From NCBI RefSeq assembly GCF_030144855.1, contig NC_082710.1:149482001-149546000 (forward strand): a DNA stretch of 64,000 nt. The letters are read 5' to 3'. Position 1 is the stretch's first letter. Each line of letters starts with the position of its first letter. This stretch comes from Hypanus sabinus. Lineage: Eukaryota. Made by a program: the position numbers and the translations under genes. Below the pieces are notes generated by a model, which saw only the letters and a program-made list of their open reading frames with translations, ran no database searches and was not told the DNA's origin. Shown here piece after piece: positions 27,801 to 42,800 of the stretch.

Positions 27801-30800
27801 GGGTTTCTGGGCCAGTCGATCTTAGCCCTTCTCGGCAATTTGGCTGAGATCAGGCGTTCTTATCAGAGCGCAGCTATAACAGGTGTTCTTATTAGGACAC
27901 AGAGAGGAAGCGACGCAGAGCGGCGATGGCAGAAAGGATCGGTGAAAGAGGCGGGGAGAGCAGTGCTTCGACTTGAGGGACTGGAAAACACAGCGCTGTA
28001 AGGGTAGGTGTCCTAGATTAGAAAACGTTCCTTGGAGAACGGGTAATTAACGGGTAACCCAATGTAGACCTCACCTTGAGAGACCTCTTCCTTTGCGGAT
28101 GCATCAGTTTTGGTGTGAATCGCAGGTTTTTCTAGCCACAAAATACACTTTATGCAGAAATATTTCAAAATAAAGTTAATTACAAACACCATTAGTAGAC
28201 CCTGATGCTCTGTCTGGTTGTGTCCTCCAGTTAGCGCAAAGGGTGTTTAACAGCAACCTTTTTTTTTAGCTAAATCGCCTTAAAATGCGCTAATGAATTG
28301 AATGAAATCAAAGGTTCATGCAAAATGACCGGGCAGGGAGCAATCAGAGGTGAAGAGGGCAAAGGTTCGCGGACCATGTGATCTCAGCTCTTCACAGCCT
28401 ATTGGCTGAGATCAGGCGTTCTTATCAGAGCGCAGCTACACCAAGTCTTCATTTAGGATTGAGAACGAAAGCGACGCAGGGCGGTGATGGAAGACGATGG
28501 CGGGACAGATCAGCGGATCGGTGATAAAGGCTGAGGAGTGCAGCGCTACGACTTGCGGGGTGGGAATACAGAACGCAGTCGGATTGAGCGTCCGACTTAA
28601 GCAGGTACTCTGGTCAACGGAGAGAATACGTCCCCAATGTCACCCTCTCCCTGAGAGACGACTTCTTATGTGATTCCATGAGGTTTTGTGTTGACCGCCG
28701 AGCTTTTAGACCAAAAAAGTCCGACCTTCAAAAATATTCCAAATTAATGATATTTACAAAAACCATTAGTTGACACTCATGCACTGTCCGGTTGTCTGTC
28801 ACCTCCACTGAGCGCAAACAGTGCATGACAGCGGCATTTTTTTGCTAAATCACCTGAAAATGCGCTAAAATACAGAATGAAGGCAAGGAGAGTACTTCCG
28901 AAGCAGGCAGGGCATCTAACAGTGGTAAGGGGGGCAAAGGTTCACGGACCAGGCGACCTCAGCTTTTCTCGGCTTTTTCGCTGAAGTCAGGCGTTCTTCT
29001 TAGAGCGCAGCTATAACAAGTGTTCTTATTAGGACACAGAAAGAATGCGACGCAGGGCAGCGATGGAAAGAAGGCGGTGAGAGCAGGGCTTCGACTTGCC
29101 GGGCTGGAATGCGGAACGCTGTATGATGGTGTCCGAGGTTAGAAAGCTTACCCAGGAGAACGTGTAATAAACGTACCCAATGTCGCCCTCACATTGAGGA
29201 ACCTCTTCCTACGTGGCTGTATCATGTTGTGTGTGGATTCCAGGTTCTTTTTCCCAAAAATACACTTTATTCAGAAGTACCTCAAAATAAATTTATTTGC
29301 AAAACCCATTTGTTTCCTCTGATGCTCTGTCTGTTTGTGACCTGCAGTGAGGGCAAAGTGTGCTGTGCAGCGCTATTTTGTTTGGCTAAATCGCATTAAA
29401 ATGCAGGAACGTATTGAAATAAAGCAAGGGTTGGTTCTAACTAATCTGGCCGGGAGCTGTCAATCATCAGGAGTGCATGGGTTTCTGGGCCAGTCGATCG
29501 CAGACCTTCTCGGCAATTTGGCTGAGATCAGGCGTTCTTATTAGAGCAGAGCTATGCCAAGTGTTCTTATTAGGACACAGAGAGGAAGCGACGCAGAGCG
29601 CCGATGGAAAAAATGATCGGTGAAAGAGGCGGGGAGAGCAGTGCTTCGATTTGAGGGACTGGAAACCAAAACGCTGTAAGGGTAGGTGTCCGAGATTACA
29701 AAACGTTCCTTGGACAACGGGTAATAAACGTACCCAGTGTCGCCCTCACATTGAGAAACCTCTTCCTACGTGGCTGTATCATGTGTGTGGATCCCAGGTT
29801 CTTTTAGCTCAACAATACACTTTATTCAGAGATACCTCAAAATAAATTTATTTACAAAAACCATTTGTTTACCCTGATGCTCTGTCTGCTTGTGACATCT
29901 AATGAGCGCAAAGTGTGCTGTGCAGCGGCATTTTGTTTGGCTAAATCGCATTTAAGTACACTAACGTAGTGAAATAAAGCAAAGATTGTTGCAAACTAAT
30001 CTGGCAGGGAGCTGTCAATCATCAGGAGTGCATGGGGTACTGGGCCAGTCGATCTTAGCCCTTCTCGGCATTTTGGCTGATATCAGGCGTTCTTATTAGA
30101 GCGCAGCTATAACAGGTGTTCTTATTAGGACACAGAGAGGAAGCGACGCAGAGCGGCGATGGAAGAAAGGATCGGTGAAAGAGGCGGGGAGAGCAGTGCT
30201 TCGACTTGAGGGACTGGAAAACACAGCGCTGTAAGGGTAGGTGTCCTAGATTAGAAAACGTTCCTTGGAGAACGGGTAATTAACGGGTAACCCAATGTAG
30301 ACCTCACCTTGAGAGACCTCTTCCTTTGCGGATGCATCAGTTTTGGTGTGAATCGCAGGTTTTTCTAGCCACAAAATACACTTTATGCAGAAATATTTCA
30401 AAATAAAGTTAATTACAAACACCATTAGTAGACCCTGATGCTCTGTCTGGTTGTGTCCTCCAGTTATCGCAAAGGGTGTTTTACAGCGGCGTTTTCTTTT
30501 TGCTAAATCGCCTTGAAATGCGCTAATGTATTGAATGAAATCAAAGGTTCGTGCGAAATGACCGGGCAGGGAGCAATCAGAGGTGAAGAGGGCAAAGGTT
30601 CGCGGACCATGTGATCTCAGCTCTTCACGGCCTATTGGCTGAGATCAGGCGTTCTTATCAGAGCGCAGCTATACCAAGTCTTCATTTAGGATTGAGAACG
30701 AAAGCGACGCAGGGCGGTGATGGACGAGGATGGAGGACAGATCAGCAGGTCGGTGATGAAGGCCGAGGAGTGCAGCGCTACTACTTGCGGGCTGGGAATA

Positions 30801-33800
30801 CTGAACGCAGTCGGATTGGGCGACCGTCTTTAGCAGGTACCCTGGTCAACGGAGATGAGACGTCCCCAATATCGCCCTCTCCCTGAGAGACGACTTTCGA
30901 TGTGATTCCATGAGGTTTTGTGTTGACCGCACAGCTTTTAGCCCAAAACAGTCCTATCTTCAAAAAATATTCCAAATTAATGAAATTTACAAAAACCATT
31001 AGTTGACACTCATGCACTGTCTGGTTGTCTATCACCTCCACAGCGCAAACAGTGCATGACAGCGGCATTTTTTTGCTAAATCACTTTAAAATGCGCTGAA
31101 ATACAGAATGAAGGCAAGGCGAGTACTTCCGAAGCAGGCAGGGCATCTAACAGTGGTAAGGAGGGCAAAGGTTCACGGACCAGGCGACCTCAGCTTTTCT
31201 CGGCCATTTGGCTGAGATCAGGCGTTCTTCTTAGAGCGCAGCTATAACAAGTGTTCTTATTAGGACACAGTACGAATGCGACGCAGGGCGGCGATGGAAA
31301 GAAGGATCGGTGAAGAAAGCGGTGAGAGTAGGGCTTCGACTTGCCGGGCTGGAATGCAGAACGCTGTATGATGGTGTCCGAGGTTAGAAAACGTACCCAG
31401 GAGAAAGTGTAATACACGTACCCAATGTCACCCTCACATTGAGAGACCTCTTCCAATGTGGCTGCATAATGTTGTATGTGTATCCCAGGTTCTTTTCGCC
31501 CAAAACTACACTTTATTCAGAGATACCTCAAAATAAATTTATTTACAAAAACCATTTGTTTACTCTGATGCTCCGTCTGCTTGTGGCATCTAATGAGCGC
31601 ACAGTATGCTGTGCAGCGGCATTTTGTTTGGCTAAATCGATTTCAAATACACTAACGTATTGAAATAAAGCAAAGATTGGTGCAAACTAATCTGGCAGGG
31701 AGCTGTCAATCATCAGGAGTGCATGGGGTCCTGGGCCAGTCGATCTTAGCCCTTCTCGACATTTTGGCTGAGATCAGGCGTTCTTATTAGAGCAGAGCTA
31801 TGCCAAGTGTCCTTATTAGGACACAGAGAGGAAGCGAGCCAGAGCGGCGATGGAAGAAAGGATCGTTGAAAGAGGCGGGGAGTGCAGTGCTTCGACTTGT
31901 GGGACTGGAAACCAAAGCGCTGTAAGGGTAGGTGTCCTAGATTAGAAAACGTTCCTTGGAGAACGGGTAATTAAGGTACCCAATGTCGCCCTCACACTGG
32001 GAGACCACTTCCTTTGCGGATGCATCAGTTTTGGTGTGAATCGCAGGTTTTTCTAGCCACAAAATACACTTTATGCAGAAATATTTCAAAATAAAGTTAA
32101 TTACAAAGACCATTAGTAGACCCTGATGCTCTGTCTGGTTGTGTCCTCCAGTTAGCGCAAAGGTGTTTTACAGCGGCTTTTTTTTTTTTTAGCTAAATCG
32201 CCTTAAAATGCGCTAATGTATTGAATGAAATCAAAGGTTCTTGCAAAATGACCGGGCAGGGAGCAATCAGAGGTGAAGAGGGCAAAGGTTCGCGGACCAT
32301 GTGATCTCAGCTCTTCACAGCCTATTGGCTGAGATCAGGCGTTCTTATCAGAGCGCAGCTACACCAAGTCTTCATTATAATTGAGAACGAAAGCGACGCA
32401 GGGCGGTGATGGAAGACGATGGCGGGACAGATCAGCGGATCGGTGATAAAAGCTGAGGAGTGCAGCGCTACGACTTGCGGGGTGGGAATACAGAACGCAG
32501 TCGGATTGAGCGTCCGACTTAAGCAGGTACTCTGGTCAACGGAGATAATACGTCCCCAATGTCGCCCTCTCTCTGAGAGACGACTTCCTATGTGATTCCA
32601 TGAGGTATTGTGTTGACCGCACAGCTTTTAGCCCAAAAAAGTCCTAGCTTCAAAAATATTCCAAATTAATGTTATTTACAAAAACCATTAGTTGACACTC
32701 ATGCACTGTCTGGTTGTCTGTCACCTCCACGGAGCGCAAACAGTGCATGACAGCGGCATTTCTTTGCTAAATCACATTAAAATGCGCTGAAATACAGAAT
32801 GAAGGCAAGGAGAGTACTTCCGAAGCAGGCAGGGCATCTAACTGTGGTAATGAGGGCAAAGGTTCACGGACCAGGCGACCTCAGCTTTTCTCGGCTTTTT
32901 CGCTGAAGTCAGGCGTTCTTCTTAGAGCGCAGCTATAACAAGTGTTCTTATTAGGACACAGAAAGAATGCGACGCAGGGCGACGATGGAGAGAAGGCGGT
33001 GAGAGCAGTGCTTCGACTCGCCGGGCTGGAATGCAGAACGCTGTATGATGGTGTCCGAGGTTAGAAAACGCACCCAGGAGAACGTGTAATAAACGTACCC
33101 AATGTCGCCCTCGCATTGAGAGACCTCTTCCAATGTGGCTGCATCATGTTGTGTGTGTATCCCAGGTTCGTTTTCCCGAAAATACACTTTATTCAGAAAT
33201 TCCTCAAAATAAATTTATTTGCAAAACCCATTTGTTTCCTCTGATGCTCTGTCTGTTTGTGACCTGCAGTGAGGGCAAAGTGTGCTGTGCAGCGACATTT
33301 TGTTTGGCTAAATCGCATTAAAATGCAGGAACGTATTGAAATAAAGCAAGGGTTGGTTCTAACTAATCTGACCGGGAGCTGCCAATCATCAGGAGTACAT
33401 GGGTTTCTGGGCCAGTCGATCGCAGACCTTCTCGGCAATTTGGCTGAGATCAGGCGTTCTTATTAGAGCAGAGCTATGCCAAGTGTTCTTATTAGGACAC
33501 AGAGAGGAAGCGACGCAGAGCGCCGATGGAAAAAAGGATCGGTGAAAGAGGCGGGGAGAGCAGTGCTTCGATTTGAGGGACTGGAAACCAAAACGCTGTA
33601 AGGGTAGGTGTCCTAGATTACAAAACGTTCCTTGGACAACGGGTAATTAACGTACCCAGTGTCGCCCTCACATTGAGAAACCTCTTCCCACGTGGCTGTA
33701 TCATGTGTGTGGATCCCAGGTTCTTTTAGCTCAAAAATACACTTTATTCAGAAATACCTCAAAATAAATTTATTTACAAAAACCATTTGTTTACCCTGAT

Positions 33801-36299
33801 GCTCTGTCTGCTTGTGACATCTAATGAGCGCAAAGTGTGCTGTGCAGCGGCATTTTGTTTGGCTAAATCGCATTTAAGTACACTAACATAGTGAAATAAA
33901 GCAAAGATTGTTGCAAACTAATCTGGCAGGGAGCTGTCAATCATCAGGAGTGCATGGGGTCCTGGGCCAGTCGATCTTAGCACTTCTCGGCATTTTGGCT
34001 GATATCAGGCGTTGTTATTAGAGCAGAGCTATAACAGGTGTTCTTATTAGGACACAGAGAGGAAGCGACGCAGAGCGGCGATGGAAGAAAGGATCGGTGA
34101 AAGAGGCGGGGAGAGCAGTGCTTCGACTTGAGGGACTGGAAAACACAGCGCTGTAAGGGTAGGTGTCCTAGATTAGAAAACGTTCCTTGGAGAACGGGTA
34201 ATTAACGGGTAACCCAATGTAGACCTCACCTTGAGAGACCTCTTCCTTTGCGGATGCATCAGTTTTGGTGTGAATCGCAGGTTTTTCTAGCCACAAAATA
34301 CACTTTATGCAGAAATATTTCAAAATCAAGTTAATTACAAACACCATTAGTAGACCCTGATGCTCTGTCTGGTTGTGTCCTCCAGTTAGCGCAAAGGGTG
34401 TTTTACAGCGGCGTTTTTTTTTGCTAAATTGCCTTAAAATAAGCTAATGTATTGAATGAAATCAAAGGTTCTTGCAAAATGACCGGGCAGGGAGCAATCA
34501 GAGGTGAAGAGGGCAAAGGTTGGCGGACCATGTGATCTCAGCTCTTCACAGCCTATTGGCTGAGATCAGGCGTTCTTATCAGAGCGCAGCTACACCAAGT
34601 CTTCATTATAATTGAGAACGAAAGCGACGCAGGGCGGTGATGGAAGACGATGGCAGGACAGATCAGCGGATCGGTGATAAAAGCTGAGGAGTGCAGCGCT
34701 ACGACTTGCGGGGTGGGAATACAGAACGCAGTCGGATTGAGCGTCCGACTTAAGCAGGTACTCTGGTCAACGGAGATAATACGTCCCCAATGTCGCCCTC
34801 TCTCTGAGAGACGACTTCCTATGTGATTCCATGAGGTATTGTGTTGACCGCACAGCTTTTAGCCCAAAAAAGTCCTAGCTTCAAAAATATTCCAAATTAA
34901 TGTTATTTACAAAAACCATTAATTGACACTCATGCACTGTCTGGTTGTCTATCACCTCCACAGCGCAAACAGTGCATGACAGCGGCATTTTTTTGCTAAA
35001 TCACTTTAAAATGCGCTGAAATACAGAATGAAGGCAAGGCGAATACTTCCGAAGCAGGCAGGGCATCTAACAGTGGTAAGGTGGGCAAAGGTTCACGGAC
35101 CAGGCGACCTCAGCTTTTCTCGGCCATTTGGCTGAGATCAGGCGTTCTTCTTAGAGCGCAGCTATAACAAGTGTTCTTATTAGGACACAGTACGAATGCG
35201 ACGCAGGGCGGCGATGGAAAGAAGGATCGGTGAAGAAAGCGGTGAGAGCAGGGCTTCGACTTGCCGGGCTGGAATGCAGAACGCTGTATGATGTTGTCTG
35301 AGGTTAGAAAGCTTACCCAGGAGAAAGTGTAATAAACGTACCCAATGTCACCCTCACATTGAGAGACCTCTTCCAATGTGGCTGCATAATGTTGTATGTG
35401 TATCCCAGGTTCTTTTCGCCCAAAACTACACTTTATTCAGAAATACCTCAAAATAAATTTATTTACAAAAACCATTTGTTTACTCTGAAGCTCTGTCTGC
35501 TTGTGACATCTAATGAGCGCAAAGTGTGCTGTGCAGCGGCATTTTGTTTGGCTAAATCGCATTTAAGTACACTAACGTAGTGAAATAAAGCAAAGGTTGG
35601 TGCAAACTAATCTGGCAGGGAGCTGTCAATCATCAGGAGTGCATGGGGTCCTGGGCCAGTCGATCTTAGCCCTTCTCGACATTTTGGCTGAGATCAGGCG
35701 TTCTTATTAGAGCAGAGCTATGCCAAGTGTTCTTATTAGGACACAGAGAGGAAGCTACGCAGAGCGCCGATGGAAAAAAGGATCGGTGAAAGAGGCGGGG
35801 AGAGCAGTGCTTCGATTTGAGGGACTGGAAACCAAAACGCTGTAAGGGTAGGTGTCCGAGATTAGAAAACGTTCCTTGGAGAACGGGTAATTAAGGTACC
35901 CAATGTCGCCCTCACACTGGGAGACCACTTCCTTTGCGGATGCATCAGTTTTGGTGTGAATCGCAGGTTTTTCTAGCCACAAAATACACTTTATGCAGAA
36001 ATATTTCAAAATAAAGTTAATTACAAACACCATTAGTAGACCCTGATGCTCTGTCCGGTTGTGTCCTCCAGTTAGCGCAAAGGGTGTTTAACAGCAACCT
36101 TTTTTTTTAGCTAAATCGCCTTAAAATGCGCTAATGAATTGAATGAAATCAAAGGTTCATGCAAAATGACCGGGCAGGGAGCAATCAGAGGTGAAGAGGG
36201 CAAAGGTTCGCGGACCATGTGATCTCAGCTCTTCACAGCCTATTGGCTGAGATCAGGCGTTCTTATCAGAGCGCAGCTACACCAAAGTCTTCATTTAGG

Positions 36300-39200
36300 A
36301 TTGAGAACGAAAGCGACGCAGGGCGGTGATGGAAGACGATGGCGGGACAGATCAGCGGATCGGTGATAAAAGCTGAGGAGTGCAGCGCTACGACTTGCGG
36401 GGTGGGAATACAGAACGCAGTCGGATTGAGCGTCCGACTTAAGCAGGTACTCTGGTCAACGGAGAGAATACGTCCCCAATGTCACCCTCTCCCTGAGAGA
36501 CGACTTCTTATGTGATTCCATGAGGTTTTGTGTTGACCGCCGAGCTTTTAGACCAAAAAAGTCCGACCTTCAAAAATATTCCAAATTAATGATATTTACA
36601 AAAACCATTAGTTGACACTCCTGCACTGTCTGGTTGTCTGTCACCTCCACTGAGCGCAAACAGTGCATGACAGCGGCATTTTTTTGCTAAATCACCTGAA
36701 AATGCGCTAAAATACAGAATGAAGGCAAGGATAGTACTTCCGAAGCAGGCAGGGCGCTATCAGTGGTCAGGAGGGCAAAGGTTACCGGACCAGGCGACCT
36801 CAGCTTTTCTCGGCTTTTTCGCTGAAGTCAGGCGTTCTTCTTAGAGCGCAGCTATAACAAGTGTTCTTATTAGGACACAGAAAGAATGCGACGCAGGGCA
36901 GCGATGGAAAGAAGGATCGGTGAAGAAGGCGGTGAGAGCAGGGCTTCGACTTGCCGGGCCGGAATGCGGAACGCTGTATGATGGTGTCCGAGGTTAGAAA
37001 GCTTACCCAGGAGAACGTGTAATAAACGTACCCAATGTCGCCCTCACATTGAGGAACCTCTTCCTACGTGGCTGTATCATGTTGTGTGTGGATTCCAGGT
37101 TCTTTTTCCCAAAAATACACTTTATTCAGAAGTACCTCAAAATAAATTTATTTGCAAAACCCATTTGTTTCCTCTGATGCTCTGTCTGTTTGTGACCTGC
37201 AGTGAGGGCAAAGTGTGCTGTGCAGCGCTATTTTGTTTGGCTAAATCGCATTAAAATGCAGGAACGTATTGAAATAAAGCAAGGGTTGGTTCTAACTAAT
37301 CTGGCCGGGAGCTGTCAATCATCAGGAGTGCATGGGTTTCTGGGCCAGTCGATCGCAGACCTTCTCGGCAATTTGGCTGAGATCAGGCGTTCTTATTAGA
37401 GCAGAGCTATGCCAAGTGTTCTTATTAGGACACAGAGAGGAAGCGACGCAGAGCGCCGATGGAAAAAATGATCGGTGAAAGAGGCGGGGAGAGCAGTGCT
37501 TCGATTTGAGGGACTGGAAACCAAAACGCTGTAAGGGTAGGTGTCCGAGATTACAAAACGTTCCTTGGACAACGGGTAATAAACGTACCCAGTGTCGCCC
37601 TCACATTGAGAAACCTCTTCCTACGTGGCTGTATCATGTGTGTGGATCCCAGGTTCTTTTAGCTCAACAATACACTTTATTCAGAGATACCTCAAAATAA
37701 ATTTATTTACAAAAACCATTTGTTTACCCTGATGCTCTGTCTGCTTGTGACATCTAATGAGCGCAAAGTGTGCTGTGCAGCGGCATTTTGTTTGGCTAAA
37801 TCGCATTTAAGTACACTAACGTAGTGAAATAAAGCAAAGATTGTTGCAAACTAATCTGGCAGGGAGCTGTCAATCATCAGGAGTGCATGGGGTACTGGGC
37901 CAGTCGATCTTAGCCCTTCTCGGCATTTTGGCTGATATCAGGCGTTCTTATTAGAGCGCAGCTATAACAGGTGTTCTTATTAGGACACAGAGAGGAAGCG
38001 ACGCAGAGCGGCGATGGAAGAAAGGATCGGTGAAAGAGGCGGGGAGAGCAGTGCTTCGACTTGAGGGACTGGAAAACACAGCGCTGTAAGGGTAGGTGTC
38101 CTAGATTAGAAAACGTTCCTTGGAGAACGGGTAATTAACGGGTAACCCAATGTAGACCTCACCTTGAGAGACCTCTTCCTTTGCGGATGCATCAGTTTTG
38201 GTGTGAATCGCAGGTTTTTCTAGCCACAAAATACACTTTATGCAGAAATATTTCAAAATAAAGTTAATTACAAACACCATTAGTAGACCCTGATGCTCTG
38301 TCTGGTTGTGTCCTCCAGTTAGCGCAAAGGGTGTTTAACAGCAACCTTTTTTTTTAGCTAAATCGCCTTAAAATGCGCTAATGAATTGAATGAAATCAAA
38401 GGTTCATGCAAAATGACCGGGCAGGGAGCAATCAGAGGTGAAGAGGGCAAAGGTTCGCGGACCATGTGATCTCAGCTCTTCACAGCCTATTGGCTGAGAT
38501 CAGGCGTTCTTATCAGAGCGCAGCTACACCAAGTCTTCATTTAGGATTGAGAACGAAAGCGACGCAGGGCGGTGATGGAAGACGATGGCGGGACAGATCA
38601 GCGGATCGGTGATAAAAGCTGAGGAGTGCAGCGCTACGACTTGCGGGGTGGGAATACAGAACGCAGTCGGATTGAGCGTCCGACTTAAGCAGGTACTCTG
38701 GTCAACGGAGAGAATACGTCCCCAATGTCACCCTCTCCCTGAGAGACGACTTCTTATGTGATTCCATGAGGTTTTGTGTTGACCGCCGAGCTTTTAGACC
38801 AAAAAAGTCCGACCTTCAAAAATATTCCAAATTAATGATATTTACAAAAACCATTAGTTGACACTCCTGCACTGTCTGGTTGTCTGTCACCTCCACTGAG
38901 CGCAAACAGTGCATGACAGCGGCATTTTTTTGCTAAATCACCTGAAAATGCGCTAAAATACAGAATGAAGGCAAGGATAGTACTTCCGAAGCAGGCAGGG
39001 CGCTATCAGTGGTCAGGAGGGCAAAGGTTACCGGACCAGGCGACCTCAGCTTTTCTCGGCTTTTTCGCTGAAGTCAGGCGTTCTTCTTAGAGCGCAGCTA
39101 TAACAAGTGTTCTTATTAGGACACAGAAAGAATGCGACGCAGGGCAGCGATGGAAAGAAGGATCGGTGAAGAAGGCGGTGAGAGCAGGGCTTCGACTTGC

Positions 39201-42200
39201 CGGGCCGGAATGCGGAACGCTGTATGATGGTGTCCGAGGTTAGAAAGCTTACCCAGGAGAACGTGTAATAAACGTACCCAATGTCGCCCTCACATTGAGG
39301 AACCTCTTCCTACGTGGCTGTATCATGTTGTGTGTGGATTCCAGGTTCTTTTTCCCAAAAATACACTTTATTCAGAAGTACCTCAAAATAAATTTATTTG
39401 CAAAACCCATTTGTTTCCTCTGATGCTCTGTCTGTTTGTGACCTGCAGTGAGGGCAAAGTGTGCTGTGCAGCGCTATTTTGTTTGGCTAAATCGCATTAA
39501 AATGCAGGAACGTATTGAAATAAAGCAAGGGTTGGTTCTAACTAATCTGGCCGGGAGCTGTCAATCATCAGGAGTGCATGGGTTTCTGGGCCAGTCGATC
39601 GCAGACCTTCTCGGCAATTTGGCTGAGATCAGGCGTTCTTATTAGAGCAGAGCTATGCCAAGTGTTCTTATTAGGACACAGAGAGGAAGCGACGCAGAGC
39701 GCCGATGGAAAAAATGATCGGTGAAAGAGGCGGGGAGAGCAGTGCTTCGATTTGAGGGACTGGAAACCAAAACGCTGTAAGGGTAGGTGTCCGAGATTAC
39801 AAAACGTTCCTTGGACAACGGGTAATAAACGTACCCAGTGTCGCCCTCACATTGAGAAACCTCTTCCTACGTGGCTGTATCATGTGTGTGGATCCCAGGT
39901 TCTTTTAGCTCAACAATACACTTTATTCAGAGATACCTCAAAATAAATTTATTTACAAAAACCATTTGTTTACCCTGATGCTCTGTCTGCTTGTGACATC
40001 TAATGAGCGCAAAGTGTGCTGTGCAGCGGCATTTTGTTTGGCTAAATCGCATTTAAGTACACTAACGTAGTGAAATAAAGCAAAGATTGTTGCAAACTAA
40101 TCTGGCAGGGAGCTGTCAATCATCAGGAGTGCATGGGGTACTGGGCCAGTCGATCTTAGCCCTTCTCGGCATTTTGGCTGATATCAGGCGTTCTTATTAG
40201 AGCGCAGCTATAACAGGTGTTCTTATTAGGACACAGAGAGGAAGCGACGCAGAGCGGCGATGGAAGAAAGGATCGGTGAAAGAGGCGGGGAGAGCAGTGC
40301 TTCGACTTGAGGGACTGGAAAACACAGCGCTGTAAGGGTAGGTGTCCTAGATTAGAAAACGTTCCTTGGAGAACGGGTAATTAACGGGTAACCCAATGTA
40401 GACCTCACCTTGAGAGACCTCTTCCTTTGCGGATGCATCAGTTTTGGTGTGAATCGCAGGTTTTTCTAGCCACAAAATACACTTTATGCAGAAATATTTC
40501 AAAATAAAGTTAATTACAAACACCATTAGTAGACCCTGATGCTCTGTCTGGTTGTGTCCTCCAGTTAGCGCAAAGGGTGTTTAACAGCAACCTTTTTTTT
40601 TAGCTAAATCGCCTTAAAATGCGCTAATGAATTGAATGAAATCAAAGGTTCATGCAAAATGACCGGGCAGGGAGCAATCAGAGGTGAAGAGGGCAAAGGT
40701 TCGCGGACCATGTGATCTCAGCTCTTCACAGCCTATTGGCTGAGATCAGGCGTTCTTATCAGAGCGCAGCTACACCAAGTCTTCATTTAGGATTGAGAAC
40801 GAAAGCGACGCAGGGCGGTGATGGAAGACGATGGCGGGACAGATCAGCGGATCGGTGATAAAAGCTGAGGAGTGCAGCGCTACGACTTGCGGGGTGGGAA
40901 TACAGAACGCAGTCGGATTGAGCGTCCGACTTAAGCAGGTACTCTGGTCAACGGAGAGAATACGTCCCCAATGTCACCCTCTCCCTGAGAGACGACTTCT
41001 TATGTGATTCCATGAGGTTTTGTGTTGACCGCCGAGCTTTTAGACCAAAAAAGTCCGACCTTCAAAAATATTCCAAATTAATGATATTTACAAAAACCAT
41101 TAGTTGACACTCCTGCACTGTCTGGTTGTCTGTCACCTCCACTGAGCGCAAACAGTGCATGACAGCGGCATTTTTTTGCTAAATCACCTGAAAATGCGCT
41201 AAAATACAGAATGAAGGCAAGGATAGTACTTCCGAAGCAGGCAGGGCGCTATCAGTGGTCAGGAGGGCAAAGGTTACCGGACCAGGCGACCTCAGCTTTT
41301 CTCGGCTTTTTCGCTGAAGTCAGGCGTTCTTCTTAGAGCGCAGCTATAACAAGTGTTCTTATTAGGACACAGAAAGAATGCGACGCAGGGCAGCGATGGA
41401 AAGAAGGATCGGTGAAGAAGGCGGTGAGAGCAGGGCTTCGACTTGCCGGGCCGGAATGCGGAACGCTGTATGATGGTGTCCGAGGTTAGAAAGCTTACCC
41501 AGGAGAACGTGTAATAAACGTACCCAATGTCGCCCTCACATTGAGGAACCTCTTCCTACGTGGCTGTATCATGTTGTGTGTGGATTCCAGGTTCTTTTTC
41601 CCAAAAATACACTTTATTCAGAAGTACCTCAAAATAAATTTATTTGCAAAACCCATTTGTTTCCTCTGATGCTCTGTCTGTTTGTGACCTGCAGTGAGGG
41701 CAAAGTGTGCTGTGCAGCGCTATTTTGTTTGGCTAAATCGCATTAAAATGCAGGAACGTATTGAAATAAAGCAAGGGTTGGTTCTAACTAATCTGGCCGG
41801 GAGCTGTCAATCATCAGGAGTGCATGGGTTTCTGGGCCAGTCGATCGCAGACCTTCTCGGCAATTTGGCTGAGATCAGGCGTTCTTATTAGAGCAGAGCT
41901 ATGCCAAGTGTTCTTATTAGGACACAGAGAGGAAGCGACGCAGAGCGCCGATGGAAAAAATGATCGGTGAAAGAGGCGGGGAGAGCAGTGCTTCGATTTG
42001 AGGGACTGGAAACCAAAACGCTGTAAGGGTAGGTGTCCGAGATTACAAAACGTTCCTTGGACAACGGGTAATAAACGTACCCAGTGTCGCCCTCACATTG
42101 AGAAACCTCTTCCTACGTGGCTGTATCATGTGTGTGGATCCCAGGTTCTTTTAGCTCAACAATACACTTTATTCAGAGATACCTCAAAATAAATTTATTT

Positions 42201-42800
42201 ACAAAAACCATTTGTTTACCCTGATGCTCTGTCTGCTTGTGACATCTAATGAGCGCAAAGTGTGCTGTGCAGCGGCATTTTGTTTGGCTAAATCGCATTT
42301 AAGTACACTAACGTAGTGAAATAAAGCAAAGATTGTTGCAAACTAATCTGGCAGGGAGCTGTCAATCATCAGGAGTGCATGGGGTACTGGGCCAGTCGAT
42401 CTTAGCCCTTCTCGGCATTTTGGCTGATATCAGGCGTTCTTATTAGAGCGCAGCTATAACAGGTGTTCTTATTAGGACACAGAGAGGAAGCGACGCAGAG
42501 CGGCGATGGAAGAAAGGATCGGTGAAAGAGGCGGGGAGAGCAGTGCTTCGACTTGAGGGACTGGAAAACACAGCGCTGTAAGGGTAGGTGTCCTAGATTA
42601 GAAAACGTTCCTTGGAGAACGGGTAATTAACGGGTAACCCAATGTAGACCTCACCTTGAGAGACCTCTTCCTTTGCGGATGCATCAGTTTTGGTGTGAAT
42701 CGCAGGTTTTTCTAGCCACAAAATACACTTTATGCAGAAATATTTCAAAATAAAGTTAATTACAAACACCATTAGTAGACCCTGATGCTCTGTCTGGTTG
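36300..42800 (+). repeat. Near-identical tetrameric higher-order repeat (A-D-B-C)x~3, period 2,246 bp
   Basis: Identical ORFs at 37202/39448/41694 and 37506/39752/41998, exactly 2,246 bp apart. Confidence 0.92.
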
